Below are positions 1-9,256 of a stretch of DNA of 49,512 bases, in pieces; the stretch's first letter is position 1; every line of letters starts with the position of its first letter. Made by a program: the position numbers and the translations under genes. The notes beneath the pieces are model-generated. The model saw only the letters and a program-made list of their open reading frames with translations, did not search any database and was not told where the DNA came from. This stretch comes from Candidatus Omnitrophota bacterium (lineage in GTDB: Bacteria; Omnitrophota; Omnitrophia; Omnitrophales; Aquincolibacteriaceae): the NCBI GenBank assembly GCA_028713205.1, contig JAQTOZ010000001.1, positions 1 to 49,512 on the forward strand, in the 5' to 3' direction.

Positions 1-72
1 GCCATCCCTGGAGGCAACGTATCCTCGCTCCCAAGCAAGAGAAGGCAGAAGAACTCTTAACAACACAAACCT

Positions 73-118
73 AAAATAGGACACTTCTATTTTGGTAGAA
101 ATAGGACATTTCTATTTT
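73..118. promoter_or_regulatory. Tandem pair of 21-bp palindromic sites (AAAATAG-N7-CTATTTT and GAAATAG-N7-CTATTTT), 25 bp centre to centre, upstream of gpmA
   Basis: Read directly: 73-93 aaaatag gacactt ctatttt; 98-118 gaaatag gacattt ctatttt. The 7-bp arms are reverse complements. The sites lie about 120-160 bp upstream of the gpmA ATG. Confidence 0.35.
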
Positions 119-235
119 GGCTGGACACGGGGGTATTTTTTGTTTTTCCCGGATTTGGAACAATGTTACACTAATGGCCATTTTGGGGAGATGGATCCCC
201 GATGACACGGTCATAAGAATGAAGGAGGCAAAGGT

Positions 236-985
236 ATGTATAAAATCGTTCTCATCCGGCATGGTGAAAGTGTTTGGAACAAGGAAAACCGTTTTACGGG
301 ATGGACAGACGTGGACTTGTCCGAAAAAGGTGTCCGGGAAGCGACGGAAAGTGGCCAGCTTTTAAAGAAAGAAGGCTATTCCTTTGATATCGCTTTCACG
401 TCGGTTTTAAAACGTGCGATCCGCACGCTTTGGATCGTCCAGGATCAAATGGACCTGATGTGGATTCCCGTCGTCCGGGATTGGCGCTTGAATGAGCGCC
501 ACTACGGGGCGTTGCAGGGCCTTAATAAATCGGAGACAGCTTCCAAATACGGCGAAGAACAGGTCAAGATTTGGCGGCGCAGCTACGATGTGCCGCCGCC
601 TGCGCTTGAAGAAAGTGACCCGCGTAACCCGGCCAAGGATCCCCGTTACAAAGGGTTGCCCAAAGCGCAAACACCGCTGACGGAATGTTTGAAAGATACG
701 GTTGCGCGTGTGATGCCCTGCTGGAGCGATACGATTGCACCGGCCATCCGATCCGGCAAACGCGTTCTGATTGCGGCCCACGGGAATAGTCTCCGGGCCT
801 TGGTGAAATATCTCGACGGTGTTTCCGATGAGGAAATCGTCGGTTTGAATATCCCCACGGGTATTCCGTTGGTCTATGAACTGGATGACCGTCTGAAACC
901 TTTGCGTCACGATTATCTCGGCGATCCCGAAAAAATCAAACAAGCAATGGAAGCCGTGGCCAGTCAGGGGAAGGCGAAGAAATAA
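236..985 (+). CDS. gpmA: 2,3-bisphosphoglycerate-dependent phosphoglycerate mutase
   Basis: 249-aa ORF starting [32 protein letters not shown] (RHGE phosphohistidine motif) with a dPGM-like pattern throughout. AAGGAGG RBS at 222-228. Confidence 0.95.
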   Translation: MYKIVLIRHGESVWNKENRFTGWTDVDLSEKGVREATESGQLLKKEGYSFDIAFTSVLKRAIRTLWIVQDQMDLMWIPVVRDWRLNERHYGALQGLNKSETASKYGEEQVKIWRRSYDVPPPALEESDPRNPAKDPRYKGLPKAQTPLTECLKDTVARVMPCWSDTIAPAIRSGKRVLIAAHGNSLRALVKYLDGVSDEEIVGLNIPTGIPLVYELDDRLKPLRHDYLGDPEKIKQAMEAVASQGKAKK

Positions 986-1029
986 CGGTTTCCGGAAATG
1001 TTGCGACCCGGCAAAGAAAAAGGATCAGG

Positions 1030-2622
1030 ATGAATTCCGGCAAAGAGCTATCCAAACAGCTTTTTCGCATGAAAGATCTCGGCGCCATTCTCGCCGAGTT
1101 GCACGATCCCGCACATCGCTTAAAAAAAGCGCTCGGTGCTTTTGATCTTGTTTTGCTCGGTATCGGAGGCATTATCGGGGCCGGGATTTTTGCCACAATC
1201 GGTACCGCGGCGGCAGGGGACTTGGCACGGCCGGGCGCCGGACCGGCGCTGATGCTCTCTTTCGTGATCACCGCCATGGCTTGCGGATTTGCCGCGCTTT
1301 GTTACGCCGAGTGGGCGGCCTTGGTCCCGCTTTCGGGCAGTGCTTATACCTACGCTTACGCGTCTTTCGGCGAACTGGTGGCCTGGATCATCGGCTGGGA
1401 TTTGATCATCGAATACGGTGTCGGCAGTATCGCCGTGGCCATCAGTTGGTCGGCTTATTTTAACGAGCTTTTGCACGGTTTCGGGATTCACCTGCCGGCC
1501 TGGGCCACCATGGATTTCCGTACCGGTTTCGAAGGGTTCCAGCGGGCATCGGAAATGCTCAAAGACGGGGTACCGTTTGAACAACTTCCGTCTGGCCTTC
1601 AAAGTGCGTGGGCGGCCGTGCAGTCCGCGCCGCACCTGGTGGGATTCCCCATCATCATCAATGCGCCCGCTTTTTTGGTGGTGATTTCGCTGACGATTCT
1701 TCTGGTGATCGGGATCAAAGAAAGTTCGCGTTTTAATTCCATCATCGTCGGAGTCAAACTCCTGGTCCTCGCTTTTTTCGTTTTCGTCGGGGTCTTTTAT
1801 GTCCGTCCTGAGAACTGGACCCCCTTTGCGCCGAACGGTTTTGCCGGAATCAAAACGGGTGCGGCGATCGTCTTTTTCGCCTATATCGGATTTGACGCCG
1901 TTTCGACAGTGGCGGAAGAAACACGAAATCCCAAGCGAGACCTTCCGATCGGGATCATCGGCTCATTGATCGTTTGTACGTTGATCTACGTTGTCGTCGC
2001 CGCGATTTTTACGGGTCTTATCCCATATTCGGTTCTCACTTCGTCCCTGGCTCATCAAAAGGCGGAGCCGCTGACGCTGGCGATGCAATACGTCAATGTG
2101 GATTGGGCTGCCGGCATTATCGCCGTGGGCGCGGTCTTGGCGCAAACCGCGGTGCTGCTGGTCCTGCTTCTCGGGCAGCCGAGAATTTTCTTTTCGATGG
2201 CCCGCGACGGTCTTCTGCCGCCTGTCTTTGCCCATGTGCATCCTAAATTCAAGACTCCGCACGTCACAACCATCGTTACCGGTTTGTCGGTCGCTCTCTT
2301 TGCGTCGCTGACCAACATTGAAGAAATGGTGGACCTGACCAATATCGGAACCCTTTTTGCATTTTCCCTGGTCTGCATGGGGGTGATTATTTTGCGGGTC
2401 AAAGAACCTCAGCGGCATCGGCCCTTTAAAGTTCCGCTGAATCCGGTTGTGCCGCTTCTCGGAATCGCGTCCTGCATTTTTCTGATGACCGGGTTACCGG
2501 CGGTGACCTGGATACGATTTATTATCTGGCTCCTTTTGGGCCTTGCAGTTTATTTTTCCTACGGGATGAACCACAGTTTGCTTCATCCCGGTCATCCGCA
2601 TTTCCCGCAGCACAAAAAATAG
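1030..2622 (+). CDS. Amino acid permease (APC superfamily)
   Basis: 530-aa polytopic membrane ORF. Has a Gly-rich first TM segment (LLGIGGIIGAGIF) and APC-type layout with a large loop after TM segments. Confidence 0.85.
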   Translation: MNSGKELSKQLFRMKDLGAILAELHDPAHRLKKALGAFDLVLLGIGGIIGAGIFATIGTAAAGDLARPGAGPALMLSFVITAMACGFAALCYAEWAALVPLSGSAYTYAYASFGELVAWIIGWDLIIEYGVGSIAVAISWSAYFNELLHGFGIHLPAWATMDFRTGFEGFQRASEMLKDGVPFEQLPSGLQSAWAAVQSAPHLVGFPIIINAPAFLVVISLTILLVIGIKESSRFNSIIVGVKLLVLAFFVFVGVFYVRPENWTPFAPNGFAGIKTGAAIVFFAYIGFDAVSTVAEETRNPKRDLPIGIIGSLIVCTLIYVVVAAIFTGLIPYSVLTSSLAHQKAEPLTLAMQYVNVDWAAGIIAVGAVLAQTAVLLVLLLGQPRIFFSMARDGLLPPVFAHVHPKFKTPHVTTIVTGLSVALFASLTNIEEMVDLTNIGTLFAFSLVCMGVIILRVKEPQRHRPFKVPLNPVVPLLGIASCIFLMTGLPAVTWIRFIIWLLLGLAVYFSYGMNHSLLHPGHPHFPQHKK

Positions 2623-2661
2623 ACGGCTCCCGGCAGAACTCGACCACCCGGGATTCTAAAT

Positions 2662-3609
2662 CTAAGAGTGGATTTTCTTCAGCTGCCGCAGGGTCCAGCG
2701 CGCTTCTTCTTCCAATCCCCATTTTTGATAGAGACGCGCCAGTTCGGCATAGCGTTCCACGACGTTGAATTGGGTACTGTCCTGGAGTTTACGCAAACAC
2801 ACGGGGCAGAGATGGAACGGGCGTTTATCGCTTTCCTCCAGGTGATTGGAGCCGTTCATCACGCAATGAAAATAGATGCAATGCGCGAGACCGAACATGT
2901 GTCCCGTTTCGTGTGTGAGTACTTTCATGCTTCTTTTGAGTAGGAGGAATTGGGGATTGTCCGTTTGCGTTTTTCCGGCGAATAGGGGATTGTAGCGCGA
3001 AAAACTGAAAACGCCCACACGGTCGGCGGGCATGGACTCGCCGAAAACGAAATTCCAGGAAGGTTCGGGATACAGATCGGTCATGGTGATGGCCAGGAGC
3101 GCGAAGGCATCCGCGGGGATTATGCTTTTAAGAAAGTCCAGGACGCGGCCGGTTTGTATCTGCGTCTCTTTTGTGAACGAGTTCGTTCTGGGGTTGAAGG
3201 AGTTCTTTTCGATTTCGATGATGGGCAGGTTTTCGGCTTTTAACCCGAAAAAGGCCGACTCGTATTCCTTTAATATTTCCAGCGAAGGGCTTGAGCCTTC
3301 CGGAAAGGAGCCGAGAGGCTGAAGGACGATGATGTTTCGTGCCGCGGTCGGCGGATCGAAGCGGCTGCGCACAAAATCTTTGTAGGTTTGCCCTTTTTCG
3401 GAATGGACCGTCAGCCAATCGCCGGCTTCGGGGCGCGGGAGCGGCACAAAGTCGGCATCCGGCTTGAGCGCTTTTTGAAGCGGCTTCGGGAGTTTGCGCA
3501 GGGATCCTAGGGCTTGCTGCCTCTCTTTGGCATTCGGGGGCGTAAACGTCATGGCCGTCAGCAAAAGGGCAACGATGCAAAGTCCTAAGATGGTTTGTAT
3601 TGTTTTCAT
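2662..3609 (-). CDS. Archaemetzincin-like zinc metalloprotease (peptidase M54-like) with N-terminal signal/TM segment
   Basis: HETGHMFGLAHCIYFHCVMNG...HLCPVCLRKL matches the archaemetzincin HExxHxxGxxHC-x4-CxM...CxxC signature. The N-terminus MKTIQTILGLCIVALLLTAMTF is hydrophobic. Confidence 0.75.
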   Translation of the reverse strand: MKTIQTILGLCIVALLLTAMTFTPPNAKERQQALGSLRKLPKPLQKALKPDADFVPLPRPEAGDWLTVHSEKGQTYKDFVRSRFDPPTAARNIIVLQPLGSFPEGSSPSLEILKEYESAFFGLKAENLPIIEIEKNSFNPRTNSFTKETQIQTGRVLDFLKSIIPADAFALLAITMTDLYPEPSWNFVFGESMPADRVGVFSFSRYNPLFAGKTQTDNPQFLLLKRSMKVLTHETGHMFGLAHCIYFHCVMNGSNHLEESDKRPFHLCPVCLRKLQDSTQFNVVERYAELARLYQKWGLEEEARWTLRQLKKIHS

Positions 3610-3734
3610 GATTTTCTTTCGAGATCCAAACGATTCTTAGTTTAGTCCAATTTACGGATAATGCCAGGGATTCCGTATTTTTTATTTGACGCGCCTTTCT
3701 TTCGGCGTTACCTTGTTTCCGCAGCGAGGCGGTC

Positions 3735-4124
3735 ATGATCCAGGAATTCAAGGTGGAAAGTTCGCGGCGCGAGGAACTGATCGATATCACGGATCAGGTC
3801 CAGCGGGCCGTTCAAGGGCTCAAAGGCAAAGACGGTGCCTGTATTGTCTTTACCCCGCACACGACGGCTGCCATTACCGTGAATGAAAATGCCGATCCCG
3901 ATGTGGTTCGCGATATCCTCTACGGTTTTGGCAAAATGGTGCCGGAAACAGGATACCATCATCGCGAAGGCAACTCACCGGCGCATATCAAATCGTCCCT
4001 GGTCGGATGTTCCGAGCAGATTTTGGTTGCAAACGGAAAACTGGTGCTCGGGACATGGCAGGGGATTTACTTCTGCGAGTTTGACGGACCCCGCCAGCGA
4101 AGCGTGCTTGTGAAAATGATCTAG
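3735..4124 (+). CDS. yjbQ: YjbQ/UPF0047 family protein (secondary thiamine-phosphate synthase-like)
   Basis: 129-aa ORF with the typical YjbQ pattern: ELIDITDQV...FTPHTTAAITVNENADPDV...GNSPAHIKSSL...GTWQGIYFCEFDGPR. Confidence 0.85.
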   Translation: MIQEFKVESSRREELIDITDQVQRAVQGLKGKDGACIVFTPHTTAAITVNENADPDVVRDILYGFGKMVPETGYHHREGNSPAHIKSSLVGCSEQILVANGKLVLGTWQGIYFCEFDGPRQRSVLVKMI

Positions 4125-4188
4125 GGTGCCCTGCCGCAAGATGAATGCAGCCGCGCGTGTCATCAGGTCCCATGATATAATTCGCAGT

Positions 4189-5373
4189 ATGAAAAGCGAC
4201 GATTTGGACCTGACCATCGAAAAACTCGTCTTCGGCGGTGATGGATTGGCACATCACGAGGGTAAAGTCTATTTTGTGCCGGGGGCGTTGCCGGGCGAAA
4301 AAGTGCTTGTGCGCGTGATGAACGATAAAAAAAATTACGGCAAAACCAAACGGCTCAAGATTCTTGCAAATTCTCCCGCGCGCGTCGATCCGCCCTGCCC
4401 CTATTACGGACAATGCGGCGGATGCCAGTATCAGCACATCCGCTATCCGGAAGAACTGCGGTGGAAAGAATATCAAGTGAGGGAAGGTTTCGAGCGCCAT
4501 TTTCGTCCGGATGCCAAACGGGTCGAGCCGATCCGGTTTGGGCCCGGGGATTATCATTATCGCAACAGCGTGACGCTGCACCGGACTTCGGGACAGACCG
4601 GGACGGCCCAGCGTTTGGGGTTCTTCGGTGTCGATAATACGTCGGTCCTCGGCGTGGAGAATTGTTTGCTGGCGAATCAACGCCTGGAAGCGGTTTTTAA
4701 ATCCCGTTATTTAATGAAGAAGGGTGAAGACGACCGGACGTTTAAGTGTGCCGAGGACGGAGAAATCGTAAGCAGCCAGGAGGCGAAACTTTATCGCACG
4801 CGTGTTGGAAAAGAATCCCTGTGGGCAAGTTCCGCCGGGTTTTTTCAAAATCATGCGGCGGTAACAGAGCTCGTGGCCGACCGGCTTTTGGATTGGGTGG
4901 TCGAGGCGCGACCGAAGTGTTTTGTCGACCTTTATGCCGGCGTCGGCACTTTTTCCATTTTGTCGGCCTGGGACGTCCCCGACGTTTGTGGTGTCGAGGA
5001 GAATCCCAACAGCATGGAATGCCTTCGGAAGAATTTTCTGGAAAGAAATATCAAGCCGGCCGGTATGATCGAAGGCAGGGTCGAGAACGTCTTTCCCGCA
5101 TTTTCGAAGACCTTGCCTTCGGAGGGGATATTCGTTTTTATGGATCCGCCCCGCTCGGGGATCGATCGTTCGTTGAGCCTTTTCTTAGCGGAGAGCGACG
5201 GCATCGGACACTTGGCCTATTTGTCATGCGATTTGGCGATTTTGCTGAGGGATTTGAAATTGATTCTGTCCAAGGGGAAATATGTCATCCGACAGGTCGT
5301 GCCTTTCGATATGTTCCCCCGAACCAAACATATCGAGGTCATGGTATTGCTTGTCAATCTAAAAAACGGATGA
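4189..5373 (+). CDS. rlmD: 23S rRNA (uracil-5-)-methyltransferase, RlmD/RumA family
   Basis: TRAM-like N-terminus, Fe-S cysteines CPYYGQCGGCQYQH, SAM motif DLYAGVGTFS, DPPRSG, and catalytic-Cys context YLSCD. Start placed at ATG 4189 (MKSDD...); the ORF-track start at 4126 is also possible. Confidence 0.8.
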   Translation: MKSDDLDLTIEKLVFGGDGLAHHEGKVYFVPGALPGEKVLVRVMNDKKNYGKTKRLKILANSPARVDPPCPYYGQCGGCQYQHIRYPEELRWKEYQVREGFERHFRPDAKRVEPIRFGPGDYHYRNSVTLHRTSGQTGTAQRLGFFGVDNTSVLGVENCLLANQRLEAVFKSRYLMKKGEDDRTFKCAEDGEIVSSQEAKLYRTRVGKESLWASSAGFFQNHAAVTELVADRLLDWVVEARPKCFVDLYAGVGTFSILSAWDVPDVCGVEENPNSMECLRKNFLERNIKPAGMIEGRVENVFPAFSKTLPSEGIFVFMDPPRSGIDRSLSLFLAESDGIGHLAYLSCDLAILLRDLKLILSKGKYVIRQVVPFDMFPRTKHIEVMVLLVNLKNG

Positions 5374-5381
5374 GGTCAAGC

Positions 5382-6161
5382 ATGAAAGACAAACCGGCCA
5401 TTTTGGGTGTCGGACCGCTTATTTTTATGCCTTCGGTGTTGTTTGCGCTTGCCATGCTGGGGGTCCATTATCTGTTTTACCCGTTTTTTTCTTTGAGACA
5501 AATTCCTCACATCTATTTTGTGGTCTCCGCGCTGGTGCTGCTTGTCATCGGAACCGGAATGGTCCTCGATGCGGCGCGGTTATTGATCCGGGGGATCCGG
5601 GAAGGCAAACTGGTCACCGCGGGGATTTATGCCGCGACCAGAAACCCGCTTTATGCCGCCTATATTTATTTTATCGCGCCCGGTATTGTTTTGCTTTTCA
5701 GGTCGTGGTTGTTGTTTTCGGTGCCGTTGGTGATGTACGTTTTCTTCCGTTTGTTTATCCGGAGAGAGGAACTGTGGCTTGAGCAAAATTTCGGCGGAGA
5801 GTATCTGGAATACAAGAACAACGTCGGTTTGCTTTTCCCGAAATTATGGCGTTCGAATTCCTCTTCCTCGTCAATTTGGGGCCGGGTTGCCGGAAAGCTC
5901 GATGCCATCACACAAAGTGTGAAACGCGAGGTCCGCTTTTACCGGGCGGTTTTAAATCACGCGCGCACGCCGAAGCCGGCCAAGTGGCTGCTGGCAGCGG
6001 CGTTGGCTTACGCCTTGTCGCCGGTGGATTTGATCCCGGACTGGATCCCGGTGATCGGGCATTTGGACGATTTGATTATTGTCCCCGTGCTGGTGATCTT
6101 CGCGTTCCGGATGGTCCCACCCTCTGTGGTGCAGGAGTGCCGGGCTGAAACGAAATCATGA
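5382..6161 (+). CDS. Membrane methyltransferase (ICMT/PEMT-like) fused to a C-terminal DUF1232 (YkvA-like) domain
   Basis: Only the 3' part of track ORF 4746..6161 is credible, because its 5' part overlaps rlmD out of frame. The ATG at 5382 follows the rlmD stop. ICMT-like motifs: LVTAGIYAATRNPLYAAY...REELWLEQNFGGEYLEYKNNV. DUF1232-like tail: YALSPVDLIPDWIPVIGHLDDLIIVP. Confidence 0.6.
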   Translation: MKDKPAILGVGPLIFMPSVLFALAMLGVHYLFYPFFSLRQIPHIYFVVSALVLLVIGTGMVLDAARLLIRGIREGKLVTAGIYAATRNPLYAAYIYFIAPGIVLLFRSWLLFSVPLVMYVFFRLFIRREELWLEQNFGGEYLEYKNNVGLLFPKLWRSNSSSSSIWGRVAGKLDAITQSVKREVRFYRAVLNHARTPKPAKWLLAAALAYALSPVDLIPDWIPVIGHLDDLIIVPVLVIFAFRMVPPSVVQECRAETKS

Positions 6162-6176
6162 CATAAGGAGCCTTTT

Positions 6177-6740
6177 ATGAGTTTGATGGACATTATCATT
6201 TTGGGACTCGCACTGTCGATGGACGCCTTTGCCGTGGCGGTCACGAGCGGTTTTGTCATGCGGCATCCGAGTCTGCGGCATGCGCTCAAAATGGGACTGT
6301 TTTTCGGAGGATTTCAGGCGCTTATGCCCGTTTTGGGATGGTCGGCCGGTCTGGCCTTAAGGGCTTTGATTATGGAATTCGATCATTGGGTGGCTTTTGT
6401 CCTCTTAGCGTTGATCGGGGCCAAGATGGTTCATGAATCGATGAAGGCCGATCCGGACCAGGGGTCCGGTAATCATTTTGATACACTGCCGTTACTCGCG
6501 CTTGCGGTGGCAACGAGCATTGATGCCTTGGCCGCCGGTGTCAGTTTTGCCTTTCTCAGAGTCCATATCGCCCAAACGGTTTTGGTGATCGGCGGGATTA
6601 CGTTCTCGTTATCGTTTTTGGGTGTGTTTGTCGGCAAAAAATTCGGTCATTTCCTGGAACATAAAGTGAAGCTTCTCGGAGGAATCGTTTTGATCGCGAT
6701 CGGCGTCAAAATCCTGATTGAACATTTGAGCGCCGCGTAA
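6177..6740 (+). CDS. mntP: Manganese efflux pump MntP
   Basis: 187-aa membrane ORF with duplicated MntP-type motifs (LALSMDAFAVAV... and ATSIDALAAGVS). Confidence 0.9.
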   Translation: MSLMDIIILGLALSMDAFAVAVTSGFVMRHPSLRHALKMGLFFGGFQALMPVLGWSAGLALRALIMEFDHWVAFVLLALIGAKMVHESMKADPDQGSGNHFDTLPLLALAVATSIDALAAGVSFAFLRVHIAQTVLVIGGITFSLSFLGVFVGKKFGHFLEHKVKLLGGIVLIAIGVKILIEHLSAA

Positions 6741-7724
6741 TCAAACCCGTTTGATTTTCACCAGCATCTCTTGCGTCAGTTCCAGACGTTTTTCGGGCGG
6801 CATCTCTTCCACATCGGGTCCGAAGGAGTCAATGGTTTGCAGCCTTGGCAGGAGTCCTTCGTGGTTTGCGAGCTGAATACTCAGACCGGGGCGGGCATTG
6901 AGTTCCAGAATCAACGGCCCGAGTGAAGAATCGATGACAAAGTCGATTCCGATATAGCCGAGATTGAAAAGATCGAAGGTCCTGACCGAGGTTTCGAGGA
7001 TGGTCTTCCAAAAGGGAATGCGGACGCCGCCGATCAAGGCATCGGTGTCCGGATGTCTTTCGATCAATTTGTTTTTATGAACGCCACCGTGGGTGATTCC
7101 TTCGTACATATCGATGCCGACTCCGACCGCTCCCTGATGAAGATTCGCGCGACCGCCGGATTCCTTGGTCGGAAGCCGTAGCATGGCCATTGTCGGGACC
7201 CCGCGGTAGAGGATCATGCGGATGTCGGGGACTCCCTGATAGGCCAGCGAATAAAATAGGGGATGGCTCTTGACGAAATATTCGATAAAAACCTCGTCGT
7301 CCACACCGCCCAGGGAATAAAGGCCTGCCAGGATGTTGGAGACATGATATTCCACATCATCGGTCGTGAGCAAAGCCCCGCTCGCCGTTTTCCAATGTTT
7401 CCCGACGCGGTCGACAATGACCAGGATTCCGCGCCCTTCCGCACCTCGCGCAGGTTTGATGACAAATTCTTTGAGGTGCTTGATCTCGCGGAGGAACTTG
7501 AGTTCAAAAATGTGCCTGATTTGAAAATAGAGCACGGGCGTCGGGATCGAATGGTCCTCGAGCAGCTGTTTGGTCAGTAATTTGTTGTCCACGAGGGGAT
7601 AAAGCTTCCGTTTGTTACGGACGAGCGTGTAACAGGCATTGCGCCGGTTCATGCCTAGGAGGCCGTGAAAAAAGGTCACTGCGGTTTTTTCCTCGAAAGG
7701 GTCAAGAATTCTTTGAAGCGCCAA
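6741..7724 (-). CDS. Alpha-L-glutamate ligase-like ATP-grasp protein (RimK-related)
   Basis: GLLGMNRRNACYTLVRNKRKLYPLVDNKLLTKQLL N-terminal signature, followed by ATP-grasp motifs (FVIKPARGAEGRGI, GGRANLHQGAVGVGID, ILELNARPGLSIQ). Overlaps the upstream gene by 49 nt, so the start is uncertain. Confidence 0.8.
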   Translation of the reverse strand: MALQRILDPFEEKTAVTFFHGLLGMNRRNACYTLVRNKRKLYPLVDNKLLTKQLLEDHSIPTPVLYFQIRHIFELKFLREIKHLKEFVIKPARGAEGRGILVIVDRVGKHWKTASGALLTTDDVEYHVSNILAGLYSLGGVDDEVFIEYFVKSHPLFYSLAYQGVPDIRMILYRGVPTMAMLRLPTKESGGRANLHQGAVGVGIDMYEGITHGGVHKNKLIERHPDTDALIGGVRIPFWKTILETSVRTFDLFNLGYIGIDFVIDSSLGPLILELNARPGLSIQLANHEGLLPRLQTIDSFGPDVEEMPPEKRLELTQEMLVKIKRV

Positions 7725-9256
7725 AACTCCAAGAGGCGGATCCCGGTGTATCGGCCCAACATCAGAAGGGCGGCGATGATGGCCAGGAAGAGCTCCGGAA
7801 AGGCGAACAGATAAATTTTGATGAGTTCGACTTCCATCAGGTAATACGCGAGGATGGCGACGACGGCCGTGCCCAAGGCCGCGATGAGCGCCGAGGGTGT
7901 TCCGTCCTCGATTTGAAGTACCGCGAAACGTTCGATCATCCAGGTGATGATGATGATGGGGAACAGCGAGACATAAAGCATTTTGCGGTGGCTGAGATGA
8001 AAGCCGATAATCATGATCGCCAAAACGAAGATAACCACCAGGGTCACCATGATCGAAAGTCTGGGGATGATTAAGATTTTAAAATAGTCCAGGACCGAGC
8101 GCAAAATCCAACCTAAAAAGACAAGGGAGATCACGCAAGTCAGTCCGACCCAAAGCGAAACTTCGCGGAACGCCAGAGCCAGCAGGATGGGTGCGAAGGT
8201 CCCGAAGGTGGGAATGCCGACGACGACGCGCATAAATGCCACGACCAATGCTCCGAGCGGGATGAGGATCAGGACTTGGACGAGACTTTGAAAATGGAGC
8301 GGGATGACATACAAGGATCCCGGTTGATCGACCGGCGGAATATTTTCGTGCCGGATGACAAAGTAGTAATTGAATCGGGAAAGTCCCGTGTGTTTGATCA
8401 AGGCGTAATCGCCGCGATAAATTTCAAGGTAATTTGCCGGAATGCTTCCATAGTGCCCGTTGACCGTGTCGAAGGGGATCCATTTGCCTCCGATGTAGCA
8501 TTCGCACCAGAGATGGGTGATTTTTTTGACGTCGGGTTTCAGGATCAGTCCGCCGACACAACGGGAAGGAATGCCTGCGGCGCGGCAGAATGCCGTAAAG
8601 AGTCTGGCCTGTCCGCCGCAGTCGGCGACGAGTTTGGCCAAGGCCAGTTTGGCATCTTTGCTGCCTTTCTCCGATTGGTATTTCACTTCGCCGCGCACGA
8701 AATCATAAATTTTCCGGACTACCGAATGAATGCTCTTGTCTTTGCCGATAATCTTTGAGAGCCGGTTTCTGAGTTCCTCGTCGCCGGACTGAATTTCACT
8801 GGAAGGGTTCAACCACGGTTGAATGTCCGCGGGATACATTCCCGCCGGGTTCTTGGATAACGTCAAATTGGTCGGAATACCATAGACCAATTCCCGGAGC
8901 TGGGTCGAAAACGTGTATTTGATGGTTTTGTCGCCGTCTAAAAGTTCCGTACGCCAGAATCCGACCCGGTTTTCCGTGAAATCCGATTTGCGCATGCGGA
9001 TGTAAAAGTTCGTTTCGGCGTTTTCGTAATGCTCATTGTAAATGGTTTGTCGGTCGGTATCCTGCGGGAGTGTCACCCGGACTTTGGCGCGTTCGGCGTT
9101 TCCGGTCAGCTCCATGATGAGGCTGACGCGCCAGCATTCCTGATTGAATTCGGGGCGTATGCTCTGTCCGCCGTAGATAATGCGGGCAATGACAAGCGCG
9201 ATGGACAGCGCAATCAATACAGCCGATACGGTATAGACTTTTCTATTCATGGTCAA
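7676..9256 (-). CDS. Transglutaminase-like domain fused to a C-terminal 7-TM module (N-terminal TM anchor)
   Basis: Transglutaminase core ADCGGQARLFTAFCRAAGIPSRCVGG...THLWCECYIGGKWIPFDTVNG has a Cys-His-Asp pattern (Cys codon 8618-8620, His 8513-8515, Asp 8468-8470). About 7 hydrophobic helices follow in the last ~215 aa. Confidence 0.75.
   Translation of the reverse strand: MTMNRKVYTVSAVLIALSIALVIARIIYGGQSIRPEFNQECWRVSLIMELTGNAERAKVRVTLPQDTDRQTIYNEHYENAETNFYIRMRKSDFTENRVGFWRTELLDGDKTIKYTFSTQLRELVYGIPTNLTLSKNPAGMYPADIQPWLNPSSEIQSGDEELRNRLSKIIGKDKSIHSVVRKIYDFVRGEVKYQSEKGSKDAKLALAKLVADCGGQARLFTAFCRAAGIPSRCVGGLILKPDVKKITHLWCECYIGGKWIPFDTVNGHYGSIPANYLEIYRGDYALIKHTGLSRFNYYFVIRHENIPPVDQPGSLYVIPLHFQSLVQVLILIPLGALVVAFMRVVVGIPTFGTFAPILLALAFREVSLWVGLTCVISLVFLGWILRSVLDYFKILIIPRLSIMVTLVVIFVLAIMIIGFHLSHRKMLYVSLFPIIIITWMIERFAVLQIEDGTPSALIAALGTAVVAILAYYLMEVELIKIYLFAFPELFLAIIAALLMLGRYTGIRLLEFWRFKEFLTLSRKKPQ

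Noticed and set aside
1-60. Frame +1 is open from the window start to TAA at 58-60 (AIPGGNVSSLPSKRRQKNS*), possibly the 3' end of an upstream gene
   Set aside because: Only 19 codons are visible, with no recognisable motif, so the call cannot be supported.
989-998. Perfect 10-bp palindrome TTTCCGGAAA in the 44-bp gap between gpmA and the permease
   Set aside because: It is too short and has no loop, so it cannot be a terminator hairpin. A single occurrence could easily be chance.
4746-5381. 5' two-thirds of the 471-aa track ORF 4746..6161
   Set aside because: It overlaps the well-supported RlmD-like gene in another frame and translates to Arg/Gly-rich junk. The credible gene starts at ATG 5382, right after the rlmD stop.
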